Source: Octopus bimaculoides (taxonomy: Eukaryota). From it: 64,000 nt of DNA. The notes under the pieces were generated by a model. The model was not told the DNA's origin. It did not search any database and worked only from the letters and a program-made list of their open reading frames with translations. Both the position numbers and the translations under genes were made by a program. Positions 12,171 through 26,072 of this stretch are shown here, one piece after another; the stretch's first letter is position 1; each line of letters begins with the position of its first letter. The DNA is taken from assembly GCF_001194135.2 (NCBI RefSeq), contig NC_068991.1, positions 24,783,744 to 24,847,743 on the forward strand, written 5' to 3'.

Positions 12171-12399
12171 ATAATTGTGATTTATTCATAATTATACACA
12201 CTTCTTATATACATACGTATGTACGTACGTATGTATGTATGTATACGGATTGACGAATTCCACTGATTCTTATACCCTTAAATCAGTGACAAGAAATATC
12301 ACCTTTATCATATTTATGTATTAAAATTCTCTACTCTTCATAGTTTCAGTCATTGAATAAAGCAGTTCTGAAAGAGAGCAGCGTCAGATAATGAACGCT

Positions 12400-13675
12400 A
12401 GACACATCGGTACAGAAAGGTGGGATTGTTGAAACACCTGGCTGCTTAGAAAACACAAGTGGTCGCACGACTCTGGAGAAAAGCGAAAAGGAGGTAAGGG
12501 AGATCTGGTGGTTCTGTGGCTGGACCTCCCAAACATCTGTGGGTCCATGCCACAAAAGCTGGTAGAGGAGGCTCTTCAAGGACATGTCCCCAGGATGATC
12601 ACTGACCTCATTCTGGATTATCATCAAATTCTAGACGAGATTCACCTCTGGACAGGTTGGAAAGGAGCAACATAACTGGCTGCACCGTCTCATTAATCCT
12701 TTTCTCCCTCACCATGCACATGGTGATCAAGTCGGTAGAGGTGCAGTGTCAGAAATGCCAGACGAAATCTGGCATGCAACAACTACTTATAAGAGCCTTT
12801 CGTAGACGACCTGATCAGTTGCCCGTGGCAGGCGGATCCTTCAAGGACTCGAGATGCTCATCTCATGGACAAGGACGAGCTTCAAATCATCAAAATCGAG
12901 GTGTCGTGTGCTAAAGAAAGGGAGAGTGGTGGAGAAGCTTCGTTTCATTTTGTTCTGACCTGCCATCCCAACTTTGACAGAACAACTAGTCAAGAGCTTG
13001 GAGAAGTTCTTTGACAGCAGCCTGAAGGACGCAGTTTCTTTCTGCAGAACCAGTGACAACCTTGACAAATGGCTTATTAAGGTCGACAAACTGGACTACC
13101 TGGTCGTTTCAAAACTTGGATATGCCAGTATACCATACTGCCAAGGGTTTTGTGGCCCCTGTCATTATATGATGTCAACTGTAGAAATCCTGGAGATGAA
13201 GATTATCAGTTTCTGAGGTGGTGGTTAGACTTACCAAGGAGCCTAAGCAGCGTTGCTTTCTATGGGTCGACCAACATTTTCCCCTCCCATTTAGCGGCTT
13301 CTCAGAGAAGTTCATAGTGGCAAGAACAAGATAAGCCATGAAGTATAGAGAATTTAGTGACATAAGAGTAGCAGCAGCTGGCATTGCAGTTCGCACAAGT
13401 AGGAAGTGCAACACTACCAGAAAGTTGTCGGTGGGAATGTAACCAGTTGAGACTGTGACAGTCAGGCTTGGGATGCTTTCCAATCCATCAAGTTGAAGCG
13501 CTAAAGGCGAAGAGCGACAATATCTAATCCAAGAAGTTCGCATAGGCATTAAAGAAGAAAGGGCAAGCAGGATGGTGGGACTCAATGAACAAGGAGGGCC
13601 GATATACATCAACGGAAAATCACCTGGTCAGGTCTCTGGCTGACTGACGTCCGTCATATCAGATTTCTAATCCAA
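12400..13675 (+). mobile_element. Degenerate RLE-type non-LTR retrotransposon RT, HERO-clade-like
   Basis: Frameshifted translation gives VQKGGIVETPGCLE..., GDLVVLWLDL, ITGCTVSLILFSLTM, IRAF/VDDL, SFKSSKSR, VKSLEKFFDSSLKD, LRWWLDLPRSLSSVAFYG, AGIAVRT and RKITWSGLW...HIRFLIQ. These are colinear with recalled fish HERO ORF motifs. Confidence 0.75.
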
Positions 13676-16600
13676 CACCTACCTGTCGTTAGACGGTCCC
13701 TTCAACAATCGACTGGCTCCCTCCCCAAAAATTTCGGGCCTTGTATTTAGAGTAGAAAAGAATATTTGGGGGTTGTCTCCCCTGCTATTTATTTATTTAT
13801 TGTCAGTCTTAGCAATTTACATAATGATTGTTCTCATGACTGAGAATATAATTTAAATTTCTCTGCTACTCCCTACTTCCCTAATAACTCATGTAAGAGA
13901 TGATCATGTCAGACACCAAAGACCTTCGTTTCTGAGAGCCACTGAAGCCGAGTTGGTAGTTTATGAAATGGGATAATGATTCAAATTAACGAAAGGGTGT
14001 GATTGTTAACAACTGCTTCCATCACCTCTTAGATATTGAAAATACAGCGATAGAAGTGGGATCTCGAGCTACTTACCGCTAAATAATAAAAGCTAAGCTC
14101 ATTATTTTTGCTCTTTTGATCCGCATCGTTTCAAGGTGTTATTTTTTAAAGTTTAATTATAGGTCAAATTCCATACTGCAAGCATGAAATAGATTCGAAT
14201 ACAATCACGTCTCATATGAACAATGAAATGGTTAATTTCTACGATAACTTTATTTTAAGCATTCTATCCATGTACCTTTATTCGTAGAGAGAGGAATAGT
14301 GATTTGGGTAAAGAAGGGGTGATTTAAAAAGAAATGTACATTTAAAATATTTAATCACAAATATATATCCTTCTCTACATGATTTGTATTTCTCACAATA
14401 ACGAAATATTTAACCCATTCCGTCCACGAGATATGTATATTTTGGTAACATTTTACTTTATGTTGTGATTTTCAGAGAAGTACATAATACCTAGCATAAA
14501 TTGGTATCAAATTCTGGTACAAGGCCAGCACTTTCAGGGGAAGGGACAAGTCGATTACATCGACCTAGTGTTCAGCTGGCACTTATTTTATCGATCCCGA
14601 AAGGATGAAAAGCAAAGTCGACCTCGGTGGACTCATTGTTTTAATAACTAGTATGAACTAGCCATTTCTGAGTTCAAATTCCGCCGATGTCGACTTTGCC
14701 TTTTATCCTTTCGGGGTCGATAAATTAAGTATCAGTTGCATTCTGGGGTCGATCTAACCGATCCCCCCCCCAAAAAAAAATTTTCGGGCCTTGCACCTAG
14801 AGTAGAAAAGATTATATTCTTTAAATAATTAAATTTTAAAAAATGCTCTCCCTGATTTTCTTTTTTATTAAAACACTCTAGAAAAACTTGTTCGGTTAGT
14901 ATTTGGCTTTCCTGTCGTGATATTCGTGCAATTCATACCTTAACACTGCTTTNNNNNNNNNNNNNNNNNNNNNNNNNNNNNNNNNNNNNNNNNNNNNNNN
15001 NNNNNNNNNNNNNNNNNNNNNNNNNNNNNNNNNNNNNNNNNNNNNNNNNNNNNNNNNNNNNNNNNNNNNNNNNNNNNNNNNNNNNNNNNNNNNNNNNNNN
15101 NNNNNNNNNNNNNNNNNNNNNNNNNNNNNNNNNNNNNNNNNNNNNNNNNNNNNNNNNNNNNNNNNNNNNNNNNNNNNNNNNNNNNNNNNNNNNNNNNNNN
15201 NNNNNNNNNNNNNNNNNNNNNNNNNNNNNNNNNNNNNNNNNNNNNNNNNNNNNNNNNNNNNNNNNNNNNNNNNNNNNNNNNNNNNNNNNNNNNNNNNNNN
15301 NNNNNNNNNNNNNNNNNNNNNNNNNNNNNNNNNNNNNNNNNNNNNNNNNNNNNNNNNNNNNNNNNNNNNNNNNNNNNNNNNNNNNNNNNNNNNNNNNNNN
15401 NNNNNNNNNNNNNNNNNNNNNNNNNNNNNNNNNNNNNNNNNNNNNNNNNNNNNNNNNNNNNNNNNNNNNNNNNNNNNNNNNNNNNNNNNNNNNNNNNNNN
15501 NNNNNNNNNNNNNNNNNNNNNNNNNNNNNNNNNNNNNNNNNNNNNNNNNNNNNNNNNNNNNNNNNNNNNNNNNNNNNNNNNNNNNNNNNNNNNNNNNNNN
15601 NNNNNNNNNNNNNNNNNNNNNNNNNNNNNNNNNNNNNNNNNNNNNNNNNNNNNNNNNNNNNNNNNNNNNNNNNNNNNNNNNNNNNNNNNNNNNNNNNNNN
15701 NNNNNNNNNNNNNNNNNNNNNNNNNNNNNNNNNNNNNNNNNNNNNNNNNNNNNNNNNNNNNNNNNNNNNNNNNNNNNNNNNNNNNNNNNNNNNNNNNNNN
15801 NNNNNNNNNNNNNNNNNNNNNNNNNNNNNNNNNNNNNNNNNNNNNNNNNNNNNNNNNNNNNNNNNNNNNNNNNNNNNNNNNNNNNNNNNNNNNNNNNNNN
15901 NNNNNNNNNNNNNNNNNNATATATATATACAGTGAAGGCGCGTGGCTCAGTGATTAAGGTATTGCATTCATGATTGTGAGATTGTGGGTTCGATTCTCAG
16001 ACCAGGCATTGCATTGTGTTCTTGAACAAAACACTTCATTTCATGTTGCTCAGCGATCATTTCGTCATCTGACATGTGGCACCTGTTGCACCTGTACAGG
16101 TAATGTCAATTTGATGGAAGGAGTGTGCTTATGTCTACACAAACATTTGATCACTATAAACAAATCATCGGTGTAGTTGTTCGGTAAGAAATTGTCAATC
16201 CCTCATACATCATCTAACGATAGGAGAGTCTGTCATCATACATATATGTATATGTATGTATTTATATGCAGAGTATACATATGCACTTAGTATTTAAAAG
16301 TGACCCCTAAACAGAGTTAATGGTTAACTGTATACATGTTTTTTGACTGAGTTATCATTTAGAAAATTTTAAACAGAACCGAAAACTAACTTAAATATTA
16401 CTACATTAGCTAAGGGTATTAGTATGAGGCATTTGCATGAATTCTCTGCACTCTCTGTTCAAACTCTCACTGAGGTCAACTTTGCCCTTCATTTTGGAGT
16501 CGATACTTCTTTACTTCTTCATTTTTTGCTCCATTGTTTTGAAATATGAGATACAAAAAAAAAAAAAAAGTTTGGAAAAATCCCAACAAAAACTGAGAAA

Positions 16601-17600
16601 TTCCAACTCTTCCAAAAGTCTACCAAAATTAGTTGTAGAAAGGAATCGGCTCTACATCAAGTTTAAAATATTCAAGACATAACAGAACTCTAATGCTATG
16701 ACATGACAGCACCCTAATAAGTTAAGGGTCCAAGGCAAGACAACTAACTGGTACCATAAATATCCAACAAATGATAATTCTGAAATGAATTGGCAACGAT
16801 CAGCTTAAGAAAGAATAATCTCAGTGCCATCGCCTGGATTATTTGCTGAGAAGTAACTTTATTAGAAATCTTTTCATCCTTTGATAATCAGTCTGAAAAT
16901 TATTATCAGTGAAAAGGTAATAAACAATACTAAATGGAAAGGATTATTGAGAGTAAAATAGGCAAGCATTTAAATCATTACTTTGTATATTTTGTGTCTA
17001 TTGGGGGAGAAGTACAGCCTGAAATTTGGAAGGACTTAACATTTGACAAGCATCATTCCAGACAAAAGTTTGATTTTTCATTATTATGGATGGCAAGTGA
17101 TGGGGAATAATTAAAGATTTCTTGTAATCTTTGGCTGCATTTTTTGTCTATTTAGCACCGTGGGTGCTAAATATTACACAACAGCAGTCAAGTAGACAGG
17201 AACAGTAGCACCAATATATTGAACATAGTGTTGTTTATGAAAAAAATGGCCTACATAAAACTGAAGCCCAGTACAAAAGGAACAAGATTTTTACTCTTTC
17301 CCTTTATCTTAACCATGTACAGATATAATCGCAGCTGACTCTACTTTGATGACACTAAATGTTGGTTGAGCTATTGACTTTATTTAAATGTATCAAAATA
17401 AGTTCCAGGAACTGTCAACAGCTACTAAAATAGACAGGAAATAGCATTACATCCTCATATGATTTAGTGAGTTTTTATTTTCCAATGAAATTGAAGCACT
17501 AAATTACTTAGATAGATTGTTCTGGTGAGGCTACATGTCAACCATATATAAAATTGTTTGAAGTTTCCCTCTAACTGGACTTTGACTACTATCAAGTTCA

Positions 17601-17951
17601 CCAACCGCAGCAGCAGCAGCACCATTGAAGAGAGCATAGAAGGCAGTAAAGGCTAAGCATGCCTGATCTGGTGATAAGAAAAAGAAGAGGAAAGAAAGCT
17701 ACTTTATCTATATCTACAAAGTGTTGAAACAAGTCCTCCCTGACACTGGTATCTCCAATAAAGCTGTGTCTATGAATAGTTTTGTCAATGATTTGCTTGA
17801 AAGAATAGCTTCTGAGCCCAGTTGCTTGGCTGACTACAAGTGTTTGATCATCAGTAGCCATGAAGTACAGACTGCTGTCCCTTTTCTCCTTCCTCGTGAA
17901 TAATTAACCATAGCTATTAAATATCAATTTGCTAACATATCAAGCAAATAA
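17601..17951 (+). pseudogene. H2B: Histone H2B pseudogene
   Basis: One frame gives [98 protein letters not shown]...ISSK*. This is clear H2B homology with three premature stops, deletions, no ATG and no 3' stem-loop. A TATATAAAA lies at 17545-17553. Confidence 0.92.
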
Positions 17952-18425
17952 GTGTCAAAATTTATGTTGTCATTGAATCAACAAGCCTGAGAATTAAGAT
18001 CATCTTAATAATTTATTTCAAATGTGAAAGTGATAAGAAAGGTGATTCCCTCTTTGTTTTTAAAAGCTTATTGAATTACCTGATCAGCAAGCTGCAAGTG
18101 TTGCTAAGCATCCCTTTAAATATTACATCAATCATGGATTTGATGATGTTTACTTGAAACAAACTTACAAGTGACAGGGTAAGCATAATACTTGGTATGA
18201 AATATAGTGTTGCAACATTTGTTGAGGAATAACTGATGTGAAAATCTGGCACTTTCTTGAGTAGAGATTAGAGAGTAGTGGGTGAATCAGAAAACTTCAT
18301 GAAATTAATCATTCTCAGTGAATAAATTTATAGTCGATTACCTCTGAATCAGTGGTCCTTAATAATTTTTTTGCCTACAGAACCCTTTGATTCCTATTTT
18401 ACTCTACTGGACCTCTATAGCAATT

Positions 18426-18463
<38 letters not shown>

Positions 18464-19978
18464 GCTCTAAATCAAAAGGAACTCACTGATTATACAACTC
18501 AGTTTTCTAAAGATATCACCCTACACCAAGCAAGTGACCATCACTCCTACTGATATTGAATTCATGCACTTCATCAGTGGGGAGATGGTTTATATTGTGT
18601 CAATATAACTAGTAGGATGGTCCTTTTCAAGATCCCCATATTATTTATGGTTTTGTAAATGTGAATAGAATGCACTATAAGTTGAGTACTTTGTGATTTT
18701 GAAACTATTTTAATGTTCTAATATTCTTGGAGAGGCAATGTTTGTTTGTTTATATGTATGTGTGTGTGTGTGTATATGTATATAATGTGATTTGTTTATA
18801 TTGGTTTCAAATTTTGACCCCAGTGTTCAAGTGGCACTTATTTTATCGACCTTCAAAGGATGAAAGGCAAAGTCGATATTGGTGAAATTTGAACTCAGAA
18901 CTTGAAGATGAATTAAATGCCACTAAGAATTTTGTCTGGCGTACTAACAATTCTTCCAGCTCACCACCTTATGACATGTTTATATTGACAATAATTTTAG
19001 CACAGTAGATATTGAAATATCACTGTCGTAATTTTACGGATATACTGGTAACTTCTTATCTCTTTTGACTAGAACTTTTTGAATCATTATATCTTGTGTA
19101 GTCATTGATTCTTCCATTACCCTCAGTGGTGACATATTGTTTTATGATCCAGAATATGGAACTACTGAAGTTGGCAGAGGTAATTTACCAGAAACTTAGC
19201 ACTGAAACAAAAGTGAAAGAATTGTTTTCTTTGAAATAAAGTAAACTGTGATACAAATTTGATGTAATAAAGTAGTAATTGTAAAATCAAATTTCTGTAA
19301 AGTGTCTTTGAGTTATTTTACAATGTTATTAATAATAAACTACTATATAAAAATTAGACAGGCTAATACTATCAAAAGCAATTAACTGTAAGATCTACAA
19401 AGCAATATGCAGTGATTCACCAAATGCATTGGTTCATTACAGCATACAGCTGAATTATGTATCAATCCCAACTTTCCAAGAAAATTAAATGTACTTTCAA
19501 CATTTATTTATTCCTATAAAGTAAGAGAACAATGGCACGTCTGTGCGTGTGGACACATGCACGCGTGCGCGCGCACACACACACGCACAGAAGCACAAAT
19601 ATGGCTGTGTGGTAAGAAGTTTGCTTCCCAACCACATGGTTTAGGATTCAGTCCTACTGCATGGCACCTTGGGCAAGTGTTTTCCACTATAGCTTTGTGA
19701 GTAGATTTGTTAGGCAAACACTGAAAGAAGTACATCATATTTATATGTATATGTCTATGTTTGTCCCCCCCAACACCATTTGACAACTGGTGTTGGTATG
19801 TTTACTTACCCTTACCTTAGGGGTTCGGTAAAAGAGGCCAATAGAATAAGTACCAGGCATAAAGAAGAAAATAGAAAATAAGTACAGGGGTCGATACACT
19901 TGACTAAAATTTATCAAAGTGGTGCCCCAGCATGGCAGCAATCTAATGACTGAAACAGATAAAAGATATATATATATA

Positions 19979-20929
19979 TAGGGGTTGGACAAAATAATGG
20001 AAACACCTTGCATCATAGCATCATAATTTTGAAATATCTATAAAACTGTCAAAAGCTTGTTTATTTTTATGTTTTTTTATTTATTATTAGTGTTGCTTAA
20101 TATGTTTTGCTAAAATTGCTGTTTCTTTTCAGATATCATCAGAAAAAGGTAATTAAAATTCATCAAAATGACAGATCTATCGGACTTTCAAAGAGGTCAA
20201 ATTGTTGGTGCTCATATGGCAGGTGCTAGCGTAATGAAAACAGCCAAAATATTTGGTGTATCAAGAAGTAATGACAGCCTTTGAGAAAGAAGGAAAAACC
20301 TCCTCATCAAAACAAAACTCCAGAAGAAAACCAAAACTTTCAGATAGGGACCGTTGGACTCTTACATGAATTGTTAGAAAGGATCACAAAAGTACAGCTC
20401 CCAAAATTACTGCAAAATTACCTTGAGAACCCAGTTTCCACAAAAACTGCTTGCTAGCAGCTGCACAAAGCCAGATTTCATGGGAGGGGTGCAATCAGAA
20501 AACCACTACTTTCAAAAACAAACGTTGCAAAGCATTTAGAGTGGTCTCTAGAGCAGTGGAAGAATGTTATTTTCTTGAACGAGTCATCCTTTACCTTATT
20601 TCTGACCATCGGCTGAGTATATGCGTGGAGACTGCAAAAGAAGCATTTAACCTAGACTGCCTTCTTTCAACTGTTAAACATGGAGGAGGATCTGTGATGA
20701 TCTGGGGGTGGGGGCTATATCTTGGAAATCTGCTGGCCCAATGGCTTCCCTTCATGGCAGAATTAATAGTCAAGACTATTTAAGCATTTTATCTGATCAA
20801 ATTCATCTTATGATTGCGGAACTGTTTCCAGAAGGAAATGCAATCTTTCAGGATGATAATACACCAATTCACACAGCTAAAGTTGTTACTGAATGGCACA
20901 AGGAACATTCTAGTGAAGTTGAACATTCT
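19979..20929 (+). mobile_element. Tc1-like transposon, 3'-truncated, transposase pseudogene from ATG 20168
   Basis: Left TIR (T)AGGGGTTGGACAAAATAATGGAAACACC. Translation MTDLSDFQRGQIVG..., WKNVIFLNES, TVKHGGGSVMIWG, IFQDDNTPIHTAKVV. The third catalytic residue and right TIR are missing. Confidence 0.88.
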
Positions 20930-20964
20930 GTGAGATCTGCTTCTCCATGCCCTGGTGCATATTC

Positions 20965-21155
20965 TTTTCTTTTCTACTCTACACACAAAGCCTGAAATTT
21001 TGGGGGAAGGGGCCAGTCAATTACATTGACCCTAGTATGCAACTGGTACTTAATTTATCGACCTTGATAGGATGAAAGGCAAAGTCGACCTCGGTGAAAT
21101 TTGAACTCAGAACATAAAAACAGACAAAATACTGCTAAGCATTTTGTCACCTTAT
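20965..21155 (-). mobile_element. SINE insertion with 14-bp target-site duplication
   Basis: CCTGGTGCATATTC at 20951-20964 and 21156-21169 flanks a reverse copy of the TTCTGAGTTCAAAT...GTCGACTTTGCCTTTCATCC SINE. Confidence 0.85.
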
Positions 21156-21394
21156 CCTGGTGCATATTCACCTCTTGTCCAAGGTAGCCATATTCTTCCA
21201 CCTCCTTTATTACATCATCTCCAACTACTATTCAGACCATGCTGACAGAGCTGGACATCAGAAACTTGGAAGCAGGCTTCAAAATGAACTGCATGAAAAC
21301 CAAGTTCATGTGGTCCAATATTCAGCAATAGGCCAAATAGTAATTGGAGACGATGTGTATGTGTGTATCTGTGTGCATATGTGTGTGTATATAC

Positions 21395-21437
<43 letters not shown>

Positions 21438-21468
21438 NNNNNNNNNNNNNNNNNNNTATATGTTTGTA

Positions 21469-22328
21469 CAGGGTGCAATGGGTAAATTGTTGCCATTTTA
21501 TATTTTTAATTTCACGCATGTGCATTGTTTGTTTTTGATTTTGTCGACTACACAGCATAGTAGAGTCAGTTGGGCTCTGTCTGTGAGAAAAACATCACCG
21601 TGACATAATATACCCTGCCAGAAATTTGGAAACGACCTGCTGTACTACTTGAAATTCATGCCTGATGCTCCAATAGAAACATTTCAGAGTGTTTGGGCGT
21701 CAATCTGAGGATGGTGCAATCTGAGGACATGTACTGAGAGTGATAAAAATCAAACATCCAACTAGTGATGATGACATTATGCTTCCATTCAACTTCCCAC
21801 ATGGCCTCAGACTCAACACAGAGGCCTACATCAAGTGCCTGGAGGAGGCAGTGCTGTCCTGGGTCAAGAGGGTTGCTTCTGGAAGACCCTATGTCTGGAC
21901 ACAGGACACTGCATCATGCCACACAAGCAGAACACAGTCATGGCTGTCAGACAATTTCTGCAACCACATCACTCCTAACATCTGGCCACCTAACTCCCCA
22001 GACGGTAATCCCCTTGATTATTATGTGTGGGACACAGTTGAGCGACAGACCAACAAAACTCCTTGTAACACCAAAGATGAACTGAAGGCAAGGATTATGA
22101 CAGTATTCACCAACTTAAACAAGGAGACAGTCCAGAGGTGTTGCAGGAGATTCCGAAGACGTCTGGAGGCCATGGTGGAAACCAGTGGCAATTTTATGGA
22201 ATAAATTTACTCTTCAAGTATTTCAAAATATTTTAATGCAATTTTGGTAGATATATCAGTTAAAATGAGATGTCAATGTTATTTTCATTTTTGTGTAATT
22301 TAGACGACAATTTATTCACCACACCCTG
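21469..22328 (+). mobile_element. Internally deleted DD37D (maT/Bmmar1-like) mariner element
   Basis: TA|CAGGGTG...TAAATTGT left and ACAATTTA...CACCCTG|TA right. ORF 21740-22204 contains WTQDTASCHT...WPPNSPDGNPLDYYVW, with D as third catalytic residue and 36 aa spacing here. Confidence 0.85.
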
Positions 22329-22391
22329 TATATATGTATGTATGTGTGTGCGTGTGTGTGTGTATGTGTGTGTGTGTGTGTGTGTGTATAT

Positions 22392-22752
22392 GTTGTTGGC
22401 ACTCTGTCGCTTACAACGTCGAGGGTTCCAGTTGATCCAATCAACGGAACAGCCTGCTTGTGAAATTAACGTGCAAGTGGCTGAACACTCCACAGACATG
22501 TGTACCCTTAACGTAGTTCTCGGGGATATTCAGCGTGACACAGTGTGACAAGGCTAGCCCTTTGAAATACAGGTACAACAGAAACAGGAAGAAAGAGTGA
22601 GAGAAAGTTGTGGTGGAAGAGTACAGCAGGGTTCACCACCATCTCCTGCCGGAGCCTCGTGGAGCTTTAGCTCTATAAACACTCACAATGCCCGGTCTGG
22701 GAATTGAAACCGCGATCCTATGACTGCGAGTCTGCTGCCCTAACCACTGGGC
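22392..22752 (-). mobile_element. tRNA-headed SINE (second family), copy 1
   Basis: Minus strand starts GCCCAGTGGTTAGGGCAGCAGACTCGCAGTCATAGGATCGCGGTTTCAATTCCC. Highly similar to 59482-59866. Confidence 0.85.
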
Positions 22753-22783
<31 letters not shown>

Positions 22784-23209
22784 TGCATACATATACATGT
22801 ATAGATAGACAGATAATCAACAATAATCCACAAGTACTTGAACATGCCCCACCATCCTTGGAAATATATTTGTAATATAATATTGATATATAATACTTTA
22901 GTATAGTATTGATTCACACACATGAGCGCGTGCGCACACACACACACACACAATAATTGTATTTTAAGATGTGTACCTTGAACCAGATTGACTGAGAGTT
23001 TGTTTTCCTATGTCATTCAGTGACAGTCTTGAGACTTCAAGAGCTTTAGTGAAAATAATTGCCTTGCTAGTAGCATCATAAGAGCCATAAATTATGTTTA
23101 GCTTGAGAGGTAGCCACAATGTTTGTCTGAAGACTTTATCCATCATCCATCTCCCACCCATATGATTGGAAACATTTATCAGATTGCACAAGTTGTGTTT
23201 TTTTTAGGT

Positions 23210-24095
23210 GATGAAAGTCATGGAGCAGGTCATAGCCCAACTAATTAGGGTGAGAGTTACTTTAGATGAGATGCTATATTTCTGGTAAGATGGCTGCAGG
23301 AGAAATACCTAACCAAAGATAAACCTCTGTACTTGGCTTTTTTACATGGAGAAAGCCTTTGACATGGTCCCCTGATCCCTTATCTGGTGGTCAATGTGAA
23401 AACTAGATGAGTGGTTGGTGAGAGCTGTACAAGCCTTGTATAGGGATGCTGTCAGTAAAGTGAGGGTTGGCAATGAGTATAGCAAAGAATTCAGAGTAGA
23501 AATAGGGATTCACCAAGGATCAGTCCTCAGCCCCCTCTAGTTCATCATAATCCTCCAGGCAATAACAGAGGAATTCAAGACAGGCTGTCCCTGGGAGCTC
23601 CTCTATGCTGATGACCTTGTTCTTATAGCTGAATCACTATCAGAACTAGAGAAGTTTCAGGTGTGGAAGCAAGGTTTAGAATCAAAGGGCGTTAGAGTTA
23701 CCTAACAAAAACTAAAGTCTTAGTAGGTAGGAAGGAGGACAAATCACAAATCCCTTCAGGTAAATGGCCCTTCTCGATCTGTAGAAAAGGTGTAGGTAGA
23801 AACTCCATAAGATGTGCCCACTGTAAGCTATGGACACATAAGAAGTGCAGCAATATCAAAAGAAGGTTAACTGGGAAGATAGGTTTTGTGTGTGGAAGAT
23901 GTACAGGTGCACTAAACACCAAAAATATACAGAAAACAGATTCCATCACACATTGGGTGGGGCAGGGACTAGAAGTAGTTGATAGCTTCTGCTACCTAGG
24001 TGACCAAGTCAGTAGCGGTGGTGGATGTTCTGGGAGTGTAGCTGCCAGAATAAGAATAGGCTGGGCGAAGTTCAGAGAGCTCCTACCTCTGCTGG
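23210..24095 (+). mobile_element. RTE-clade LINE RT fragment
   Basis: [66 protein letters not shown]...[14 protein letters not shown], with stops and frameshifts. Confidence 0.9.
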
Positions 24096-25469
24096 TATAC
24101 TGTATGATTAAGAAATTTGCTTTGCTATTGCATGGTTTCAGGTTTGATCCCATTGTGTAGCACCTTGGTTAAGTGTCTTCTAGTTTCTATAGCCTTGGAT
24201 CAACTTATATTGATTTGAATCTATGGTAGAAGATACTTGCCCACTGAATGTAATCTAGGAGACTGCTGAAACCTGTCAGAGCAACCTGTTCTCGTTTTTG
24301 ACAGCAGATACAATCTAGTACCTAGTTTAACACTACCAGTTGGTCTTTGGGTATTTCAGTAGAGTACATGCTATTGACAATTCTTTCCTTTCCTCCCACC
24401 AGTATTGGGAGCTCTGAAAAAGTCATAGGTGCTATCCTACATTCTCTAGCTAAGTATTAAAAATATAAAAAAATAGTGGCTGTCACATTGACCAGAATTA
24501 CAAGCACTGTTGCTGCTCAGTAAGTGACAATAACTGTAATATGATACAAACTCACATTGCTCACTTGACTTTTGTGACTCTCAGTAGTTTAACTGATGCG
24601 ACTTTTAGTAGTGTGATTAGAATTTTTTACTGGAATAAAATTCATTTTAAGCAATTTCTATTCTTTTTTTAACACCCATTTTATATAACGTAATAAGTCT
24701 TTATAACTTTTCTTGTTTTAACTTTCTTTCAAGAAACCCATCTAGTTTTTTAGGTCACTTCTGTTTCGATCCCTCTTACTAAATGTTTTATTACTGGTTT
24801 GCCTCTTTCTATCACTCTGTTTCGCTCATTCTTCGCGTATTTTTTCTGTTTCTCTCTTTACACTTTCGTCCCTCAGTCTTTCACTAGCTTGTTCTTTATG
24901 TTTATATGACTTTTGCTTTCATATCTCTCCCCTTATTTTCTTTCCACTCCTTCACATTCTACAGTTCTCTCATCGATACAGTTTTTTTCTTCCATTCTCG
25001 CAAGTTATTTCTTTTTATCCTCTAAACCTGTTGCTCTAGTTTTGTGTCAGTTCTCTCTCCGCACTTGCAATTTTATTGCCTCTACCAACTGTTTTTCATA
25101 AATATATTTACATACACACACACACACTATCTTCTACAACACTAAATACATAAATAACAGACTCAGCGATTTAATCTAACAGCAAGTAACTTCCTATGCC
25201 CATTCTACTTGTCTTTCCTTTATCCCCCCCCCCCAATAATCATATATACAGACATAAAATATGTAATTTTCTAAAATATGGTTATCTCCCTTCAAATGAT
25301 GATCTTCTTTCTCACTTATATAATATCTCGAAGATAGTTTACTAGTATGTCGCCTATTATAGGCTAGCATCAAGTACTCTTGTCGCTAGTTTTTCGTTCT
25401 TTATCTCTTCGTCATCTTTTGCTTTATATATAGTTATAGTCTAAAAGAAACCTAAATCAACAAGTAGCC

Positions 25470-25567
25470 ATGGCAAATAATAACAACGAGGAAAAAGCTC
25501 GCCAGCTCCTACTTCAAGCAGAGAAAAAACTCGGATCTTCGAAAGGTATTCTCTCGTCATTGTTTGG
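25470..25567 (+). CDS. NAPA: NAPA exon 1 (coding part, 98 nt)
   Basis: ATG at 25470, [32 protein letters not shown](G), donor GG|gtaagc. Confidence 0.93.
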
Positions 25568-26028
25568 GTAAGCATATTTTGATTACAATGTAAACCCAAT
25601 TACTCCGCCTCCCATGTTAGAAAATATATATATATACAGTAGGATAAAAAAAAAAGGGATGAGCAAATACAGAATGGTGTTTCCTACATTGTCGAATCTG
25701 TCTGTGTAAATATGCATTTGCCCGTCCCTCTCTTATACGAAAGAAAACTCCCCAAATTACTCTAGAATTTGGTTATCTCAGATTAATGTATTTATTTCAG
25801 TAAATAGTGCTCACTTTTGATCAGACTGTCACTTCACATATGAATATGAATTTCACATATTTTAAAAAACATTTTCCTTTCCACTTGCATCGTCTTGCTT
25901 GGTTGTATTGTGTTCTTTGGACATTCGAACGCTCTGACAACAGATATGTTCTTATATATACATAAATTTTACATATTTACGCATACACATCATATTTATA
26001 CATATCTGCTTTACATTACTTATTGCAA

Positions 26029-26072
<44 letters not shown>

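Noticed and set aside
14040-14150. Minus-strand GTAAGT donor with a short upstream ATG
   Set aside because: The frame stops before the donor and no partner exons were found, so a gene cannot be supported.
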